Counted from the stretch's first letter, positions 1 through 9,703 are shown. The stretch: DNA of 32,000 bases from Dickeya solani IPO 2222 (GCF_001644705.1 NZ_CP015137.1:3570001-3602000); one strand, 5' to 3'. A program made the numbers and translations. The notes: generated by a model from the letters alone, not told the origin.

Positions 1-2522
1 CGTTGCATCTCCTCCACGGCGGATTTCAGGTCGCGCCCGCGCAGGTCGACATAAATCCAGTCGGACAGACGGCCGTTTTCGCTTTTCAACATTGGCGGTC
101 CTTCGCTGACGCGCACGTCGGCCAGATCGGACAGCGTCAGGCGCGCGCCGCTCTGCGTTACCACCGGTAGATTTTTCACCGCGTCTACCGAGTCGCGGAT
201 TTCGCGCGGGTAACGCACGTTGATCGGATAGCGCTGGCGGCCTTCCAGCGTTTCGCCGATATTTTCCCCGCCGATCAGGGTGGCGACCATCGACTGCAAT
301 TCCTGCACCGACACGCCATAGCGGGCGGCTCGTCGCCGGTCGATATCGATATCGATGTAGCGCCCGCCCGCCAGCCGTTCCGCCAGCGCCGACGTCACGC
401 CGGGCACTCGCTTCACCACCTGCTCGATTTGCGCCGCTATCTGTTCGATATCATGCAGATTGTCGCCGTTCACCTTGATGCCGACCGGGCTTTTGATGCC
501 GGTCGCCAGCATGTCGAGCCGGTTGCGGATCGGCGGCACCCAGACGTTGGCGATACCGGGAAGGCTGACGGTCTGGTCCAGCTCGGCGATCAGTTTGTCC
601 ATGGTCATGCCCGGCCGCCACTGTTCCCGCGGTTTCAGGCGGATAGTGGTTTCCAGCATGGTCAGCGGCGCCGGATCGGTAGCGCTGTCGGCACGGCCGG
701 CCTTGCCGAACACGCTGTCCACTTCCGGCACGGTTTTAATCAGCCGGTCGGTCTGTTGCAACAGCCGGGCGGCCTCGCGCGGCGAAATGCCGGGCAGGGT
801 GGACGGCATATACAGCAGGTCGCCTTCGTCCAGCGGCGGCATGAATTCGCTGCCGAGGCGGGCAAGCGGGAACAGCGTCAATACCAGCAACGCCAGCGAA
901 ACCGCCAGCGTGGTTTTGGGAAACCGCAGTACCTGCTGTAACACCGGTTGATACAGGGCGATCAGCCAGCGGTTGAGGGGATTGGTCTGTTCGTCGGGGA
1001 TGCGACCACGCACGAAATAGCCCATCAGCACCGGCACCAGCGTGATCCCCAGACCAGCGGACACCGCCATCGCGTAGGTTTTGGTGAACGCCAGCGGCGA
1101 GAACATACGGCCTTCCTGCGCTTCCAGCGAGAACACCGGGATAAACGACAGCGTGATGATCAGCAGGCTGCAGAACAGCGCCGGTCCCACTTCCGTCGCC
1201 GCCTGGGTGGCAAGCTGCCACCAGGTGGCATTATCCGGCTCGCGTTGCGGATGCTGGTGCCGCCACTGTTCCACCACCTTGTGCATGTTCTCGATCATCA
1301 CGATAGCCGCGTCCACCATGGCGCCGATAGCGATGGCGATCCCGCCCAGCGACATGATGTTGGCGTTGATGCCCTGATAACGCATGATGATAAACGCGCC
1401 CAGAATCCCCAGCGGCAGGCTGATGATCGCCACCAGCGAGGAGCGGAAGTGAAACAGGAACAATGAGCACACCAGCGCCACGACCACGAACTCTTCCAGC
1501 AGTTTGTGGCTGAGGGTGGTAATGGCGCGCTCGATCAGCGGCGCGCGATCGTAAGTGGTGACGATCTCCACCCCGGCGGGCAGGCTTTGGCGGATCTGCT
1601 GCAGGCGGGTATGTACCGCCCGCAACGTCTCCAGCGCGTTTTTGCCGGAGCGCATCACAATAACGCCGCCCGCCACTTCGCCTTCGCCGTTGAGCTCGGC
1701 AATGCCACGGCGCATTTCCGGGCCTTGCCGTAAGGTGGCGACATCCTGCAACAGCACCGGAATGCCGTCGCGCCGGCCTACCGCTACGTTGAGAAAGTCT
1801 TCCGCTTTCAGCAGATAGCCGGAGGTGCGCACCATGTACTCGGCTTCTCCCAGCTCGATAACCGAGCCGCCGCTTTCCTGATTGGCCGCCCGCAGCGCGT
1901 CGATAACCTGCTGGTGCGTCACGTTAAGGGCGCGCAGCCGTTCCGGATTCAATACCACCTGATACTGCCGCACCATGCCGCCGATACTGGCGACTTCCGC
2001 CACGTTGGGTATGGTTTTCAGCTCATATTTCAGCAGCCAGTCCTGAATGGCGCGCAGATCCGCCAGACTGTGCCGGCCACTGCGATCGACCAGCGCGTAT
2101 TCGTAGATCCAACCAACCCCGGTGGCGTCCGGTCCCAGCGAGGCTTTCGCCTCGGCCGGCAGGGTGGATTGCACCTGACTCAGGTATTCCAGCACGCGAG
2201 ATCGCGCCCAGTACGGGTCGGTGCCATCCTCAAACAAGACGTAGACGTAGGCGTCGCCAAACATGGAAAAGCCGCGCACGGTCCTGGCGCCGGGCACCGA
2301 CAGCATGGTGGTAGTCAGCGGATAGGTGACCTGATTTTCCACCACCTGCGGCGCCTTGCCGGGATAGCTGACGCGGATAATTACCTGAACGTCGGAGAGG
2401 TCCGGCAGCGCATCCAGCGGCGTTTTCTGCAGCGAAATCACCCCCCAGCCGGCCATCAGCAGTGTGGCGATCAACACCAGAAAACGGTTTTTGATCGACC
2501 AGCGAATCACCGCAGCAATCAT
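1..2522 (-). CDS. cusA: CusA-type Cu(I)/Ag(I) RND efflux pump, inner-membrane subunit. The 3' end runs off the left window edge; about 840 codons are visible.
   Basis: The gene is missing from the ORF track because no stop codon lies in the window. Reading the minus strand from the ATG at 2522..2520 gives [41 protein letters not shown]..., collinear with E. coli CusA. The three Met residues of the CusA periplasmic metal site are readable in conserved contexts: EGDLLYMPS (about 805), APLTMLETT (about 655) and NRLDMLATG (about 510). Its start overlaps the cusB stop in an ATGA (2519-2522). Confidence 0.93.
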   Translation of the reverse strand, partial: MIAAVIRWSIKNRFLVLIATLLMAGWGVISLQKTPLDALPDLSDVQVIIRVSYPGKAPQVVENQVTYPLTTTMLSVPGARTVRGFSMFGDAYVYVLFEDGTDPYWARSRVLEYLSQVQSTLPAEAKASLGPDATGVGWIYEYALVDRSGRHSLADLRAIQDWLLKYELKTIPNVAEVASIGGMVRQYQVVLNPERLRALNVTHQQVIDALRAANQESGGSVIELGEAEYMVRTSGYLLKAEDFLNVAVGRRDGIPVLLQDVATLRQGPEMRRGIAELNGEGEVAGGVIVMRSGKNALETLRAVHTRLQQIRQSLPAGVEIVTTYDRAPLIERAITTLSHKLLEEFVVVALVCSLFLFHFRSSLVAIISLPLGILGAFIIMRYQGINANIMSLGGIAIAIGAMVDAAIVMIENMHKVVEQWRHQHPQREPDNATWWQLATQAATEVGPALFCSLLIITLSFIPVFSLEAQEGRMFSPLAFTKTYAMAVSAGLGITLVPVLMGYFVRGRIPDEQTNPLNRWLIALYQPVLQQVLRFPKTTLAVSLALLVLTLFPLARLGSEFMPPLDEGDLLYMPSTLPGISPREAARLLQQTDRLIKTVPEVDSVFGKAGRADSATDPAPLTMLETTIRLKPREQWRPGMTMDKLIAELDQTVSLPGIANVWVPPIRNRLDMLATGIKSPVGIKVNGDNLHDIEQIAAQIEQVVKRVPGVTSALAERLAGGRYIDIDIDRRRAARYGVSVQELQSMVATLIGGENIGETLEGRQRYPINVRYPREIRDSVDAVKNLPVVTQSGARLTLSDLADVRVSEGPPMLKSENGRLSDWIYVDLRGRDLKSAVEEMQ

Positions 2523-4033
2523 AGGTGACCTCCGTGAGCCGCGGCGGCGACAGGCTGGATATCCAGCAGCCGTGCGCCGTTGTCATCCAGCCGGAAACGA
2601 AATGTCACCGTCATGCCGGGCTGGAGATTCGCCGGCAGCGCATCGCCGTCGAAGGTGAAGTCCATGGTCATCGGCGGCCAGTCCAGCGCCGGCACTGCGT
2701 CGTGGGCGAGGGTGACCTGTTTGCCGTTGATGGCTTTGATCACCCCCTTGGTCTGGTAGCCGCTGGCAGGCGTCGCCGCGGGTGACTGTGCCTTATCCTG
2801 CGTGGTGTCGCTAAAGGCAGTCAGCGCGCTGCGCAGGCTGGCTTCGGAGTCGATCAGGAACTGGCCGGAGATCACTACATTGTCGCCGTCGTTAAGACCC
2901 GAGCGGATTTCCGCCCAGCCGTTCTGAATGACGCCCACTTCAACCGGGCGCGGCGTGAAATAGCCCTGACCATCGTTCAGCAATACCCGATTCTGCCGGC
3001 TGCTGACCAGCAGCGCCTGTTGCGGAATCATCAACGTCTGACGAGCGGCGCCGGCGGCAAGCCGCACGGTTAGGTACATACCGGGCTTGAGGCGTTGTTG
3101 GCGGTTATCCAGTATTACGCGGGCTTTCAGCGTGCGGGTGGCGCTGTCGAGTTGCGGCAGCAGTTCGGCAACGCGCCCGTGGAAGGTGTTGTCCGGCCAG
3201 CTGTCGCTGATGGCGAGCATCTCATCGCCGATATGCAACGCCGCCGCCTGCGCTGCCGGATACTCCACCTCAACCCAGACCGGGTCGAGACTGGCTAGCT
3301 CAAACAGCGGTTGGGCCGGCGTCAACTGGGCGCCGGTACGGACATCCAGCCGGTTGATGTAGCCGTTCTCCGGCGCGGTGATGGTCAACCGGGGTTGCGG
3401 TTTGCCGCTGCGTTCCACCTGACGAATCACGCTTTCCGGCATGAACATCAGCGCCAACTTTTGTCGCGCGGCCTGACTCAACTCCGGGTCCCCTAACTGA
3501 CGTACCGCCAGATACTCCTGCTGGGCGGCCGCCCAACTCGGGTTCCACAGTACCGCCAGCGTTTGGCCTTTCTGCACCGGCTGTTGCACTGCACTGACGT
3601 TAAGTTGTTCGACCACGCCGCCGCTGGGCGCCACCAGCGTGCGCAGGGTGCGTTCATTGAGCGCCACGGTGCCGTAACCGGTGGCCTGCGGCCGTAGTTC
3701 GCGGCGTTCGGCCCGGGCGGTGCGCACGCCGAGATTTTGCTGCTGGCGCGGGCTGACCGTCACACCGCCGTTATCCTGCACTTCATCGGCGTAGCGCGGC
3801 GTCAACGGCATATCCATAAACGGCGATTTACCGGGTTGATCGAAGCGTTTGTCCGGCACCATCGGATCATACCAATAGAGAACCTTGCGCCCGCTGCTGG
3901 CGTCGGGCGTCGCGGCAGCGGCATGTGTCGTCGTGCCGGTGGCGCGACTGCTGCTGTAGTAACCAATTGAGTAACCAGTTGCGGCCGCCGCCAGCGCCAC
4001 GGCAACTAGACTGACAGTAAAAGTTCGGTTCAT
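2519..4033 (-). CDS. cusB: CusB-type periplasmic adaptor (membrane fusion protein) with an extra C-terminal CusF-like metallochaperone domain.
   Basis: This is track ORF 2519..4078. I set the start at the ATG at 4033 ([17 protein letters not shown]..., a signal or anchor-like N-terminus), which forms an ATGA overlap with the stop of the upstream OMF gene. The N-terminal Met site [25 protein letters not shown] matches the E. coli CusB YWYDPMYP...SPFMDMDL motif. The last 79 aa (about 2522-2758) repeat the CusF fold signature [20 protein letters not shown]. Confidence 0.88.
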   Translation of the reverse strand: MNRTFTVSLVAVALAAAATGYSIGYYSSSRATGTTTHAAAATPDASSGRKVLYWYDPMVPDKRFDQPGKSPFMDMPLTPRYADEVQDNGGVTVSPRQQQNLGVRTARAERRELRPQATGYGTVALNERTLRTLVAPSGGVVEQLNVSAVQQPVQKGQTLAVLWNPSWAAAQQEYLAVRQLGDPELSQAARQKLALMFMPESVIRQVERSGKPQPRLTITAPENGYINRLDVRTGAQLTPAQPLFELASLDPVWVEVEYPAAQAAALHIGDEMLAISDSWPDNTFHGRVAELLPQLDSATRTLKARVILDNRQQRLKPGMYLTVRLAAGAARQTLMIPQQALLVSSRQNRVLLNDGQGYFTPRPVEVGVIQNGWAEIRSGLNDGDNVVISGQFLIDSEASLRSALTAFSDTTQDKAQSPAATPASGYQTKGVIKAINGKQVTLAHDAVPALDWPPMTMDFTFDGDALPANLQPGMTVTFRFRLDDNGARLLDIQPVAAAAHGGHL

Positions 4034-5289
4034 TTTGCGGCGGTTCCTTGTGGCGTCAGATAGCGGAGGGCGGCCCACAGCGCCGCCATGTCACGGGCGG
4101 CGTTCTGCGCGGCGATGCGGCTGTCCAGCAGCGCGCGGCGGGCTTCCAGCACGCCGGCCAAATCGCTGCCGCCGCTCTGGTACTGGCTTTGCAGCAGCCG
4201 GATGCGCTGTTGCTGTAACGGCAATACCTCGTCGTTCTGACGACGCCAGCGCGACTGCGCCGCCTGATACTGCGCCAATAGCGTGTCGAGTTGCGCCCGG
4301 TGTTCCCGTTGGGCGAGTGCGACCCGGTCGCTGGCTTCCATGCTGCGGGCCACGTCGGCGGCGTGATCTTTATCCTGCCGCCGGGACTGGAACAGCGGCA
4401 AATCCATGCTGATTTCGACGCCGGCCATATCATCGAAGCTGTTGCCGCGACGACCGTAATAAACTTCGACGCCGATATCCGGGATCGCCGCGACCGCGGA
4501 TTGCGCCGCCCGAGCCTGCGCCAGCCGGGTTTCCTGCTCGGCCTGAGCAATTTCCGGATGTCCGGCGATGGCGGCGTACAGCACCGCCGGGTCGGCGGGC
4601 AGGCGTTCGAAACGAGGCAGCGGCCCTTGCGTGGTGACATCGGCGACGCCGGTCAGCCGGGTCAGCCGCGTTTGCGCGATGGCCGCATCACGGGAGGCGT
4701 CCGTCAGCCGATCCTGCATGGCGGAGAGCGTCAGCCGGGCGTCCAGCACCCGAGCCGATTCGCCGCCGGCCGCCACGCTGGCTTTTTGGACGGTAATCTG
4801 GCGTTGGCTTTCCTGCACCAGCGCGTTGACTTCCTGCAATATCTGACGTGAAAGCGCCAGTTCCAGCCAGGCCTGAGCGGTATCGCGTTGCAACTGGGCG
4901 CGCAGCGCTTCGCTGCTACCGCGCACTGTGTCGGCTTCCGCCAGAATGGTTTGCGCCTTGCGTTCGCGCTTGGTGGCGCTGACGTAAGTCTGCATGATGC
5001 CGACGCGTTGCATGGTCATGCCTTCGCGTGTCAGGCGCTGGTTGTTATTACCGCCGAGCGGTACGTTTTCGATGCCGTATTTCAGCTGTGGATCCGGCAG
5101 TTGCGTGGCGGAATCGGCCATGTTTTGCAGCGCGTTCATCCGGTGCTGGTTGGCTGACAGGTCGGCGGAATACTGTTCCGCCGCCTGTAACGCGCCATCC
5201 AGATCCAGTGCCGCCGCGAATGACGCGGCAGGCAGCCACAACAACATCGCCAGCCACGCGCGCGGAGCGCGGAGCGTGCGTGTGTGCAT
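4030..5289 (-). CDS. cusC: Outer-membrane factor (TolC/CusC/CzcC family) of the efflux system. It has a Sec signal peptide but no lipobox cysteine.
   Basis: The 419-aa ORF sits between cusF and cusB. It has the coiled-coil-rich, Ala/Gln/Arg/Leu-rich composition typical of OMF proteins. The N-terminus MHTRTLRAPRAWLAMLLWLPAASFAAALD looks like a signal peptide with an AxA site and contains no Cys. An RBS GGAG lies 5 nt upstream of the ATG at 5289. The symbol is assigned by operon position and family, not by close identity to E. coli CusC. Confidence 0.75.
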   Translation of the reverse strand: MHTRTLRAPRAWLAMLLWLPAASFAAALDLDGALQAAEQYSADLSANQHRMNALQNMADSATQLPDPQLKYGIENVPLGGNNNQRLTREGMTMQRVGIMQTYVSATKRERKAQTILAEADTVRGSSEALRAQLQRDTAQAWLELALSRQILQEVNALVQESQRQITVQKASVAAGGESARVLDARLTLSAMQDRLTDASRDAAIAQTRLTRLTGVADVTTQGPLPRFERLPADPAVLYAAIAGHPEIAQAEQETRLAQARAAQSAVAAIPDIGVEVYYGRRGNSFDDMAGVEISMDLPLFQSRRQDKDHAADVARSMEASDRVALAQREHRAQLDTLLAQYQAAQSRWRRQNDEVLPLQQQRIRLLQSQYQSGGSDLAGVLEARRALLDSRIAAQNAARDMAALWAALRYLTPQGTAAK

Positions 5290-5301
5290 GGTGGTCTCCG
5301 G

Positions 5302-5703
5302 TTAGCGTTGCTGCGGGTTGATAGCAGTCAGGGTGTAGCCGTCCGCGCTTTGCACGAAACTGAAACTGACCGCGCTGCCCTGCGGCAGCGGCGCCCGGTT
5401 ATCGTTAGCAGGCAGACGGAACGTCATGGTCATGGCTGGCCAGCGCAAGGCGGGAATCGCCGCATGCGCCAGCGTGACGCCGCTGGCGTTCCACTGTTTG
5501 ATGATGCCGCTGGAGTGGTAGACCGTTGAGGATTCAGAGGGGGCTGATGACATGCCGTTATGGGTCATCTCGCCGGTCATGGAATGGGACATGCCGCTCA
5601 TCTCGCCGGTCATGGTGTGAGTCTGGGGCTGTTCAGCCAGCAGTGGGGCGGAAAATAATGTGGAATACAACAGGGTGGTGAGGGCCACGGAAAGTGTACG
5701 CAT
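5302..5703 (-). CDS. cusF: CusF-type periplasmic Cu(I)/Ag(I) chaperone with a Met/His-rich N-terminal extension.
   Basis: The 133-aa protein has a signal peptide (MRTLSVALTTLLYSTLFSAPLLA). The core VTLAHAAIPALRWPAMTMTF carries the His, Trp and two Met residues that ligate metal in E. coli CusF (H36/W44/M47/M49 context IHHDPIAAVNWPEMTM). A Met-rich segment HTMTGEMSGMSHSMTGEMTHNGM precedes the core. An RBS GGAG lies 8 nt upstream of the start. Confidence 0.88.
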   Translation of the reverse strand: MRTLSVALTTLLYSTLFSAPLLAEQPQTHTMTGEMSGMSHSMTGEMTHNGMSSAPSESSTVYHSSGIIKQWNASGVTLAHAAIPALRWPAMTMTFRLPANDNRAPLPQGSAVSFSFVQSADGYTLTAINPQQR

Positions 5704-5776
5704 GATAATAGCTCCATAAATACGATAAATAACAAGTTATTGCGCAAAAGCGCACGACGGTTGTTTATCGCGGAAG

Positions 5777-6220
5777 CTATTCTCTGAATCGGCAAAAACG
5801 GATTTCGGCGGGCGGGCCGGCGACAGGCGGTGTAAACCAGCGGTTGCTACCGACGGTGACGGGTTCCGGCGTTGGTACGGGTAACAGTTCATCGCTGACC
5901 GGCAGCGCCAGTAACGATAACGACGGTAAATCCTGACTGGCGGAGTCAGGCAGGCAATGCTTTTCACACAGCGGACCGGCGTCTGCGGTAGCCTGAGTGG
6001 CATGAGCGGCCGGCATATCGGGCATGACGGCGTCTGGTTGCATACGATGAGCATCATGCTGAATGCTCGCCGGCGCTGCGGTTACTGCCAGCTCGCAGCG
6101 ATGACCGGCCACCGCCAGCTGGGCATTCAGCAGTAGCCAGCATAACGCCAACATCCAGCCCCATCCGCTTTTATAGCGCAGATGCCGCAGGCTGAGTGGA
6201 TGATGGCGCGAGGCTGTCAT
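5777..6220 (-). CDS. Uncharacterised small (147 aa) Cys/His/Met-bearing single-pass membrane protein. It is the first gene of the cus-like cluster and may be a CzcI/CusD/DUF2946-like accessory protein.
   Basis: The track ORF 5777..6376 overlaps the end of galM, so I set the start at the ATG at 6220, which has an AAGGA RBS about 9 nt upstream. The protein starts MTASRHHPLSLRHLRYKSGWGWMLALCWLLLNAQLAVAGHRCE... One hydrophobic helix is followed by potential metal-ligand clusters: HRCE, HDAHRMQPDAVMPDMPAAH and CEKHC. The gene is co-directional with cusF and lies 73 nt upstream of it. The function is inferred from context only. Confidence 0.55.
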   Translation of the reverse strand: MTASRHHPLSLRHLRYKSGWGWMLALCWLLLNAQLAVAGHRCELAVTAAPASIQHDAHRMQPDAVMPDMPAAHATQATADAGPLCEKHCLPDSASQDLPSLSLLALPVSDELLPVPTPEPVTVGSNRWFTPPVAGPPAEIRFCRFRE

Positions 6221-6335
6221 GGGGTGAATGTCCTTATAAAAAGTGCTGTCAGTGTAAGAGGCGCAATCCGCGCCGGACAAGCAGGAATTTGCACAGATTT
6301 GTAAAGAGCCAGCAGTGCCGGCTCTCTGGTGGGCA

Positions 6336-7418
6336 TCAATCCGCCGGGTTTTTAGCCTGATTGACACTAAACGCATACCGGGTGAGCGAGCGATAGCGCT
6401 TGCCGGGCTTCAGCCAGCAGTCGGGCTGCGGCCAGTCCAAATGATTGGGGCTGTCCGGTAGAAATTCGCTCTCCAGCGCCAGCCCAGCGTGGTTGGCATA
6501 AGGTGTGCCGTTGCGTGATGGCGTACCGGCCAGAAAGTTGCCGCTGTAGAGTTGCAACGCCGGTGCGCTGGTGTACACCCGCATCTGCACCTTGCCGTCT
6601 GACGACCACAGGCTGGCGGCCGGGCTTTCGTTGGAGCCGCCGGTGCGGTGCAGCAGAAAGGCGTGGTCGTAACCGCGAACGGCCTGCTGGTCCGCGTCGG
6701 CCAGAAAATCCTGCAGCAGCGTTTTGGGCTGGCGAAAGTCGAAGCTGCCGTCCGCCACATCCCGCAATGTATCACCGGGTATGCCGTCCTGATTCACCGG
6801 CAGGTAGTAATCCGCCATCAGTTGCAACTGGTGATGCCGCACGTCGGTCGGCTCGCCGTCGAGGTTGAAATAGGCATGGTTGGTCAGGCACACCGGGCAG
6901 GGCTGGTCTACTTCGGCCTGATACTCGATGTCCAGCGCGTTCTGGTCGGTCAGTTGGTAACTGACCTGTGCGGTCAGCGTGCCGGGAAAGCCCTGATCGC
7001 CGTCCGGCGAATGCAGTTGGTAGATGACCTGATCGTCACTCTGCTGCAGAATTTGCCAGCGCCGTGCATGAAAACCGTCCGGTCCGCCATGCAACTGGTG
7101 CGCGCCCTGATTGGCGTGCAGGCGGGTGACCGTATCGCCGTGGCGCAGGGTGGCGTTGGCGATGCGGTTAGCGTAGCGCCCCACCGACGCGCCCAGATAA
7201 GCAGCCTGATGCGGGTACTGTTCAGGCGCGCAGCCCAGCAGGACTTCACGCGTTGCGCCGCCGGGCAGCGGCAACTGGCAGGAGAGCCAGGTGGCTCCCC
7301 AATCCATCATCGTTACCCGCGTACCGTGACGATTTTGCAGTACGGTCAGCTGAAACGGCTGACCATCCGGAGCGAGCGCCGTTTGCGGCGCGCGCGGTTC
7401 AACAGGGTCATTCGACAT
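6336..7418 (-). CDS. galM: Aldose 1-epimerase (galactose mutarotase).
   Basis: The 360-aa protein is collinear with E. coli GalM. Shared segments include [54 protein letters not shown] and [11 protein letters not shown]. An RBS AGGAG lies 6 nt before the ATG at 7418. Confidence 0.95.
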   Translation of the reverse strand: MSNDPVEPRAPQTALAPDGQPFQLTVLQNRHGTRVTMMDWGATWLSCQLPLPGGATREVLLGCAPEQYPHQAAYLGASVGRYANRIANATLRHGDTVTRLHANQGAHQLHGGPDGFHARRWQILQQSDDQVIYQLHSPDGDQGFPGTLTAQVSYQLTDQNALDIEYQAEVDQPCPVCLTNHAYFNLDGEPTDVRHHQLQLMADYYLPVNQDGIPGDTLRDVADGSFDFRQPKTLLQDFLADADQQAVRGYDHAFLLHRTGGSNESPAASLWSSDGKVQMRVYTSAPALQLYSGNFLAGTPSRNGTPYANHAGLALESEFLPDSPNHLDWPQPDCWLKPGKRYRSLTRYAFSVNQAKNPAD

Positions 7419-8559
7419 AACCGGCTCCTGGCGAGGCCTGACAGACGTAACAGGTGGGCTGTAATCCGGTTTTTGCCGGATACTCCCGCATCACGGTATT
7501 TTGCACCGCTGTTACGTGCTGTTGTGGGATCAGCGCCACGATACAGCCACCAAATCCGCCGCCGGTCATGCGCACGCCGCCTTCATCGCCGATCACCGCC
7601 TTGACGATCTCCACCAGCGTATCAATCGGCGGTACGGTAATTTCGAAATCATCCCGCATTGAGACGTGAGAGGCGGCCATCAGTTCCCCCATCTGGCGCA
7701 GATCGCCGCGCGTCAGCGCATCGGCCGCCGCCAGCGTGCGGGCGTTTTCAGTAATGATGTGGCGGGCGCGGCGGGCCACCACCTCGTCCAGCCCGGCGAC
7801 GTGGGCGGCGAAGTCGGCTTCGCTGACGTCACGCAGCGCCTTGACCTGAAAATGACGCGCCGCCGCTTCGCACTGCTGGCGGCGGGTGTTGTATTCGCTG
7901 TCCACCAGACCGCGCTTGACGTTGGAGTTGATGATCATTACCGCCACGTTGTCCGGCATCGACACCGCGCGTGTTTCCAGCGAACGGCAGTCGATCAGCA
8001 ACGCATGACCACGCTTGCCCTGAGCCGAAATCATCTGATCCATGATGCCGCAATTACAGCCGACAAACTGGTTTTCCGCTTCCTGACCGTTGAGCGCCAG
8101 CGCCACATTGTCCAGCGGTAACTGATACAGCGCCTGAATCGCCTTGCCGACCGCCACTTCCAGCGACGCCGACGAGCTCAAGCCTGCGCCCTGCGGCACG
8201 TCGCCGCTGATCACCAGATCCGCGCCGCCGAAGGCATCGCTGCGTGTTTTCAGATGCTTGATGACGCCGCGAACATAATTCGCCCATTGCCATTGCGGAT
8301 GATGTTCGATCGGCGCATCCAGCGAAAACTGATCCTGCTGGTTGTCGTAGTCCACCGCGATGACGCGGATTTGACGGTCATCGCGCGGCGCGGCGCTGAT
8401 GGTGGTCGAATAGTTGATGGCGCACGGCAGCACAAAGCCATCATTGTAGTCGGTATGTTCCCCTATCAGGTTGACCCGGCCCGGCGCCTGTACGGTAAGG
8501 GCTGCCGGGTAACCGAACTGCTGCTGGAAAATCGCCTGGGTGCGTGCTGATAAGGTCAT
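7408..8559 (-). CDS. galK: Galactokinase.
   Basis: The 383-aa protein carries [40 protein letters not shown] and [13 protein letters not shown], which are GHMP kinase motifs, and is collinear with E. coli GalK. Its start overlaps the galT stop in an ATGA (8556-8559). Confidence 0.97.
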   Translation of the reverse strand: MTLSARTQAIFQQQFGYPAALTVQAPGRVNLIGEHTDYNDGFVLPCAINYSTTISAAPRDDRQIRVIAVDYDNQQDQFSLDAPIEHHPQWQWANYVRGVIKHLKTRSDAFGGADLVISGDVPQGAGLSSSASLEVAVGKAIQALYQLPLDNVALALNGQEAENQFVGCNCGIMDQMISAQGKRGHALLIDCRSLETRAVSMPDNVAVMIINSNVKRGLVDSEYNTRRQQCEAAARHFQVKALRDVSEADFAAHVAGLDEVVARRARHIITENARTLAAADALTRGDLRQMGELMAASHVSMRDDFEITVPPIDTLVEIVKAVIGDEGGVRMTGGGFGGCIVALIPQQHVTAVQNTVMREYPAKTGLQPTCYVCQASPGAGYVE

Positions 8560-9626
8560 GCCTGAACTCCTGAATCACGAGAGTGAATGTCGTCACGGTA
8601 ATGAATATCGCTGACTGCCCGCAGCCGCTCAGCGGCTTGTTCGGCGGTCAAATCGCGCTGGGTTTCCGCCAGCATTTCGTAGCCCACCATGAATTTGCGC
8701 ACCGTGGCGGAACGTAACAGCGGCGGATAAAAATGCGCGTGCAACTGCCAGTGTTGGTGGTCGCCGTCAGTAAACGGCGCGCCGTGCCAGCCCATGGAGT
8801 AGGGGAACGAGGTCTGGAACAGGTTGTCGTAACGGCTGGTGAGTTTCTTCAGCGCCAGCGCCAGATCCTGACGCTGCTCCGCGGTGACGTCCGGCAGGCG
8901 TAGGATGTGGGCTTTGGGCAGCAACAACGTTTCAAACGGCCAGGCCGCCCAATAGGGCACCACCGCCAGCCAGTGCTCGGTTTCCACCACATGGCGCGCG
9001 CCGTCCTGCAATTCGCGTTGCAGGTAATCCACCAGCAACGGCGAGCCGTACTGCTGGAAATAGTCGCGTTGCAGCCGGTCTTCCCGTTCCGCTTCGTTGG
9101 GCAGGAAGTCGTTAGCCCAGATCTGGCCGTGCGGGTGCGGGTTGGAACAACCCATCGCCGCGCCCTTGTTTTCAAACACCTGCACCCACGGGTAGGTTTG
9201 CCCCAGTTCGGCGCTCTGTTGTTGCCAGGTGGCGACCACCTGTTCCAGCGCGCCGAGCGACAGTTCCGGCAGGGTTTTGCTGTGGTCCGGCGAAAAGCAG
9301 ATCACCCGGCTGGTGCCGCGCGCGCTTTGGCAGCGCATCAGCGGGTCGCTGTTTTCCGGCGCCGCCGGGGTATCGGCCATCAGCGCGGCGAAATCGTTGG
9401 TGAAAACAAACGTGTCCTGATAGTCGGGGTTGGTATCGCCGGTCGCCCGCGTGTTGCCGGGGCAGAGAAAACAGCTGGGATCGTGTGACGGCAGCGGGTC
9501 GGACGACACGCTCTCCTGTTGCCCCTGCCACGGGCGTTTGGCGCGGTGCGGCGATACCAGTACCCACTGACCGATCAGCGGGTTGTAGCGACGGTGCGGA
9601 TGTTCAACGGGGTCAAAATACGCCAT
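8556..9626 (-). CDS. galT: Galactose-1-phosphate uridylyltransferase.
   Basis: The track ORF starts at 9662. I prefer the ATG at 9626 ([35 protein letters not shown]), which aligns with the E. coli GalT N-terminus and has an AAGG RBS 7 nt upstream. The HPHGQ active-site motif is present. Confidence 0.95.
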   Translation of the reverse strand: MAYFDPVEHPHRRYNPLIGQWVLVSPHRAKRPWQGQQESVSSDPLPSHDPSCFLCPGNTRATGDTNPDYQDTFVFTNDFAALMADTPAAPENSDPLMRCQSARGTSRVICFSPDHSKTLPELSLGALEQVVATWQQQSAELGQTYPWVQVFENKGAAMGCSNPHPHGQIWANDFLPNEAEREDRLQRDYFQQYGSPLLVDYLQRELQDGARHVVETEHWLAVVPYWAAWPFETLLLPKAHILRLPDVTAEQRQDLALALKKLTSRYDNLFQTSFPYSMGWHGAPFTDGDHQHWQLHAHFYPPLLRSATVRKFMVGYEMLAETQRDLTAEQAAERLRAVSDIHYRDDIHSRDSGVQA

Positions 9627-9703
9627 GGGATACCTTACTCTGTCATCGGGAAACGGCGTCATCGAAAAAGCGATGCGTCCTGAAAAACGGTTATTTGACT
9701 CGC

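Noticed and set aside
6297-6322. The hairpin agagcc...ggctct downstream of galM, considered as a terminator.
   Set aside because: It has only a 6-bp stem with a 9-nt loop and no U-tract on the galM strand, which is too weak to call. Read-through from galM into the cus-like cluster therefore cannot be excluded.
5777-6376. The longer 199-aa version of the small Cys/His protein ORF.
   Set aside because: The first 52 codons overlap the 3' end of galM and have no RBS. The ATG at 6220 has an AAGGA RBS and begins just before the predicted membrane helix.
6648-7604. A 318-aa plus-strand ORF spanning the galM/galK junction.
   Set aside because: It is antisense to two conserved genes and crosses their boundary, so it is a GC-rich frame artefact.
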